Below are positions 34,890 to 37,104 of a DNA stretch of 37,104 nucleotides, piece after piece. The number at the start of each line of letters is the position of its first letter. Position 1 is the stretch's first letter. Position numbers and translations under genes: made by a program. Location of the stretch: contig NW_021836825.1 of NCBI RefSeq assembly GCF_006345805.1, positions 1 through 37,104 of the forward strand. The letters run 5' to 3'. The notes under the pieces were generated by a model. It worked only from the letters and a program-made list of their open reading frames with translations, was not told the DNA's origin and did not search any database. The DNA is from Octopus sinensis (lineage: Eukaryota).

Positions 34890-35130
34890 TTTTATCTTTT
34901 ATTATTTACATGTTTCAATCATTAGTCTGCAACCATGCTGGAGTACTATCTTGAGGAATTTTGTTTGAACTAATTGACTCCAATGATTATTTTTCTATTT
35001 TAAGCCTGGTACTTATTCTATAAGTCTCTTTAGCTGAACTGCTAAGTTATGGCGATGTAAAAACACAAATGCTGGTTGTCGAGTGGCATTGGGGGACAAT
35101 CACAAACACAAAGACACACACACACACATA
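34890..35130 (-). mobile_element. 3' half of SINE family A
   Basis: Aligns with 3896-4080 (ccatgctggag, gctgaactgctaagtta...gatgtaaa, ggttgtc...gggggacaa). Confidence 0.65.
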
Positions 35131-35185
35131 TTTGTATAGATATGTGTATATGTGTGTGTATATATATATACATACACACACACAC

Positions 35186-35345
35186 CCATGGAAATATGTG
35201 GGATGTACTGGGAATTCTCTCAAGCAGCGTCTTTCCAACCATTTGTACTCCTTCAGAGTTCTGGAAAGGAGTTTACTAGCCTTACAGAAGAGATCTCAAA
35301 GGCCTGAGATGAATAAACTTCCACACAAGTGTAATCACTGATTCC
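35186..35345 (+). mobile_element. Tiny internally deleted PLE GIY-YIG remnant
   Basis: KYVGCTGNSLKQRLSNHLYSFR...KCNH in ORF 35069..35341. Confidence 0.45.
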
Positions 35346-35429
35346 AAGGACACTTATGTGGCATCTAGCTACCTTGTAATTAGTCCCTTGAATCTTTCAT
35401 ATATATATATATATATATATATATTTATT

Positions 35430-36445
35430 GGTTGGTTGGCATCCTTTTTGTCTCGGGAGACAATGGAGTTGCGCATAAAGTAGTCTAGTCCGGCTTTTAC
35501 ATTTCATGTCCTGATACATTTCCTGCTGTGGCTGTGTAGTCCTATCCTGGACAAACACTCGCTCTGGCAGGTACCGCAAATGTAGCGAAGACTGTTCCTG
35601 GCTGATTGTAATGCCATAGTTTCTTGTTGACGTCTTTTCTTGTCTTTCGATTTCTCCTCTCTCTCTCTGTCACTCCTTTGTATTCCCTCTTTTACGGTAC
35701 GTTGCCAGTCCCCACGGTTGCCAGCAACTGCCTCCTAACTGCTAATATTGATGTTGCAGGCCTTCATGTCCCTTTTGCAAACATCCTTGTAACGTAAGAG
35801 CGGTCTACCCACAGACCTAGTACCCCTAGAAAGCTCTCTGTAGAGTATGTCCTTGGGGATTCTGCCATCTTTCATATGGTTAACATGCCCAAGCCATCTC
35901 ATACGTCTTTGTGTGAGGAGTGCAAACATGCTTGGTATTCCTGCTTGCCTGAGGACATCTTTGTTGGGGATATAGTTCTGCCATTTGATGCGGAGGATTT
36001 TCCGGAGGCAGCGCAGGTGAAAGATGTTTAGGCGATGCTCTTGGCGTGTGTATAGCGTCCAAGTCTCACTTCCTTACAGTAGAGTGCTAAGTACACATGC
36101 CTGGTAGATCTTCATTTTCGTGGTCTTGGTCAGCTTATTGTTGTCCCAAGCCAATTTAGAGAGTTAGGCCATCGCAGCAGCTGCCTTGCCAATGCGTATA
36201 TTGAGCTCAGCGTCGAGGGATAGGTTGTAGGTGACGGTAGAGCCCAGATAGGTAAACTTCTCCACCTCTTGTAATCTGTGGTCTCCAATATGTATGTTTG
36301 GGATGTCCGATGTAGCCTGGCCCATGATATTGGTCTTCTTAAGGCTGATAGCTAAGCCAAAGTCGTTACATGCTTGCTCAAAACAGTTAATGAGCATTTG
36401 GAGGGCTTCTTCTGTGTGTGATACCAGGGCGGCATCATCAGCAGC
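35430..36445 (-). mobile_element. 5'-truncated RTE-BovB-like LINE fragment
   Basis: ADDAALVSHTEEALQ...FGL.ISLKKT...FTYLGS...RIGKA; GSETW; RRMRWLGHV.HM.DGRIPKDILY...GRP.LRYKD.CKRDMK. Confidence 0.88.
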
Positions 36446-36781
36446 AAATATATATTAATATATATAATATATATTATTATATATATATGTATAATATATA
36501 TATGTATATATATATATGTATATTATAATATATATGATATGTATAGATATATGTATATATATATATGTATATATATATATGTATATGTATATATGTATAT
36601 GTCTATATATATATATATAATATATTTATAATTATATATATATATATATAATATATATATATAATATGTATATATATATATATGTATATATATATAACTA
36701 TAAATAGCAATAATAATTCTCTAAACGAGTATATATAATATATATATATATATATAGAAATATATATAGATATATCTATAA

Positions 36782-36820
<39 letters not shown>

Positions 36821-36868
36821 CATATATATAATATATATATATATGATTGATTGATTGATTGATTGATT
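36446..36868. repeat. About 400-bp (TA)n-rich low-complexity tract followed by (GATT)n
   Basis: Seen directly. Confidence 0.95.
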
Positions 36869-37104
36869 CCAGTTTCAGCCCATGAGCTGTGGCAATGCTG
36901 GGGCACCGCCATTTGGTGTTGCTACTTGGTTTCACTTCATGGAGGCTTTCTAGCAACTGCTATTTGCTGCATGAGAGAGTTCGATGCAGCTGCCCTCATC
37001 TGCCCCTCCTGCCGTGAAGTTGGTTCATCTGGGACACCTGACAGGAAGAGATCCAGCTTCATTTTAAAGACATCTGTATCCACCCCATGCAGGTCTCTCA
37101 GGTT
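36868..37104 (-). mobile_element. 3' end of a CR1/L2-group LINE (continues beyond the window)
   Basis: Minus-strand frame NLRDLHGVDTDVFKMKLDLFLSGVPDEPTSRQEGQMRAAASNSL...stop, then a short 3'UTR and (AATC)n tail. Confidence 0.65.

Noticed and set aside
36603-36956. ORFs rich in I/Y repeats (also at 3352, 3717, 7359, 12372, 15088 and 28027)
   Set aside because: Translations of (TA)n, (CA)n, (TAA)n and (GA)n microsatellites.

Overview
Eukaryotic, AT-rich, microsatellite-dense genomic DNA. The repeat families look like those of octopus or another coleoid cephalopod; this is recognition from memory, not a database result. The window lies inside one minus-strand host gene, an ADAMTS-like (M12B/reprolysin) zinc metalloprotease. 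I reconstructed 7 in-frame GT-AG exons (33130-33096, 30191-30086, 29774-29610, 27139-27013, 13413-13300, 7301-7250, 3259-3089; 770 nt in total). They encode HEIGHSLNSKHD, the Met-turn, an ADAMTS-type Cys-rich module and a PLAC-like 6-Cys module, with no TSP1 repeat between them. The 5' and 3' ends of the gene were not found. The introns are filled with decayed transposable elements: R4/Dong-like and RTE LINEs, a CR1/L2-group tail, Penelope-like elements (PLEs), three mariner relics, a Chapaev3-like relic, a Tigger-like end and tRNA-derived SINEs. The most notable structure is a 3.13-kb near-perfect palindrome (16727-19859; arms about 1.48 kb, 170-bp spacer). Its left arm is an inverted copy inserted into an RTE 3'UTR, with 3-nt microhomologies at both junctions. 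Its outer breakpoint falls inside a PLE-type hammerhead ribozyme (19785-19872, +), 7 nt before the predicted cleavage site. That geometry fits local retro-duplication of a ribozyme-cleaved RNA, but this is inference; DNA template switching or an assembly artefact remain possible. A second hammerhead, inactivated by two CpG-type mutations, follows another PLE at 21500-21554.
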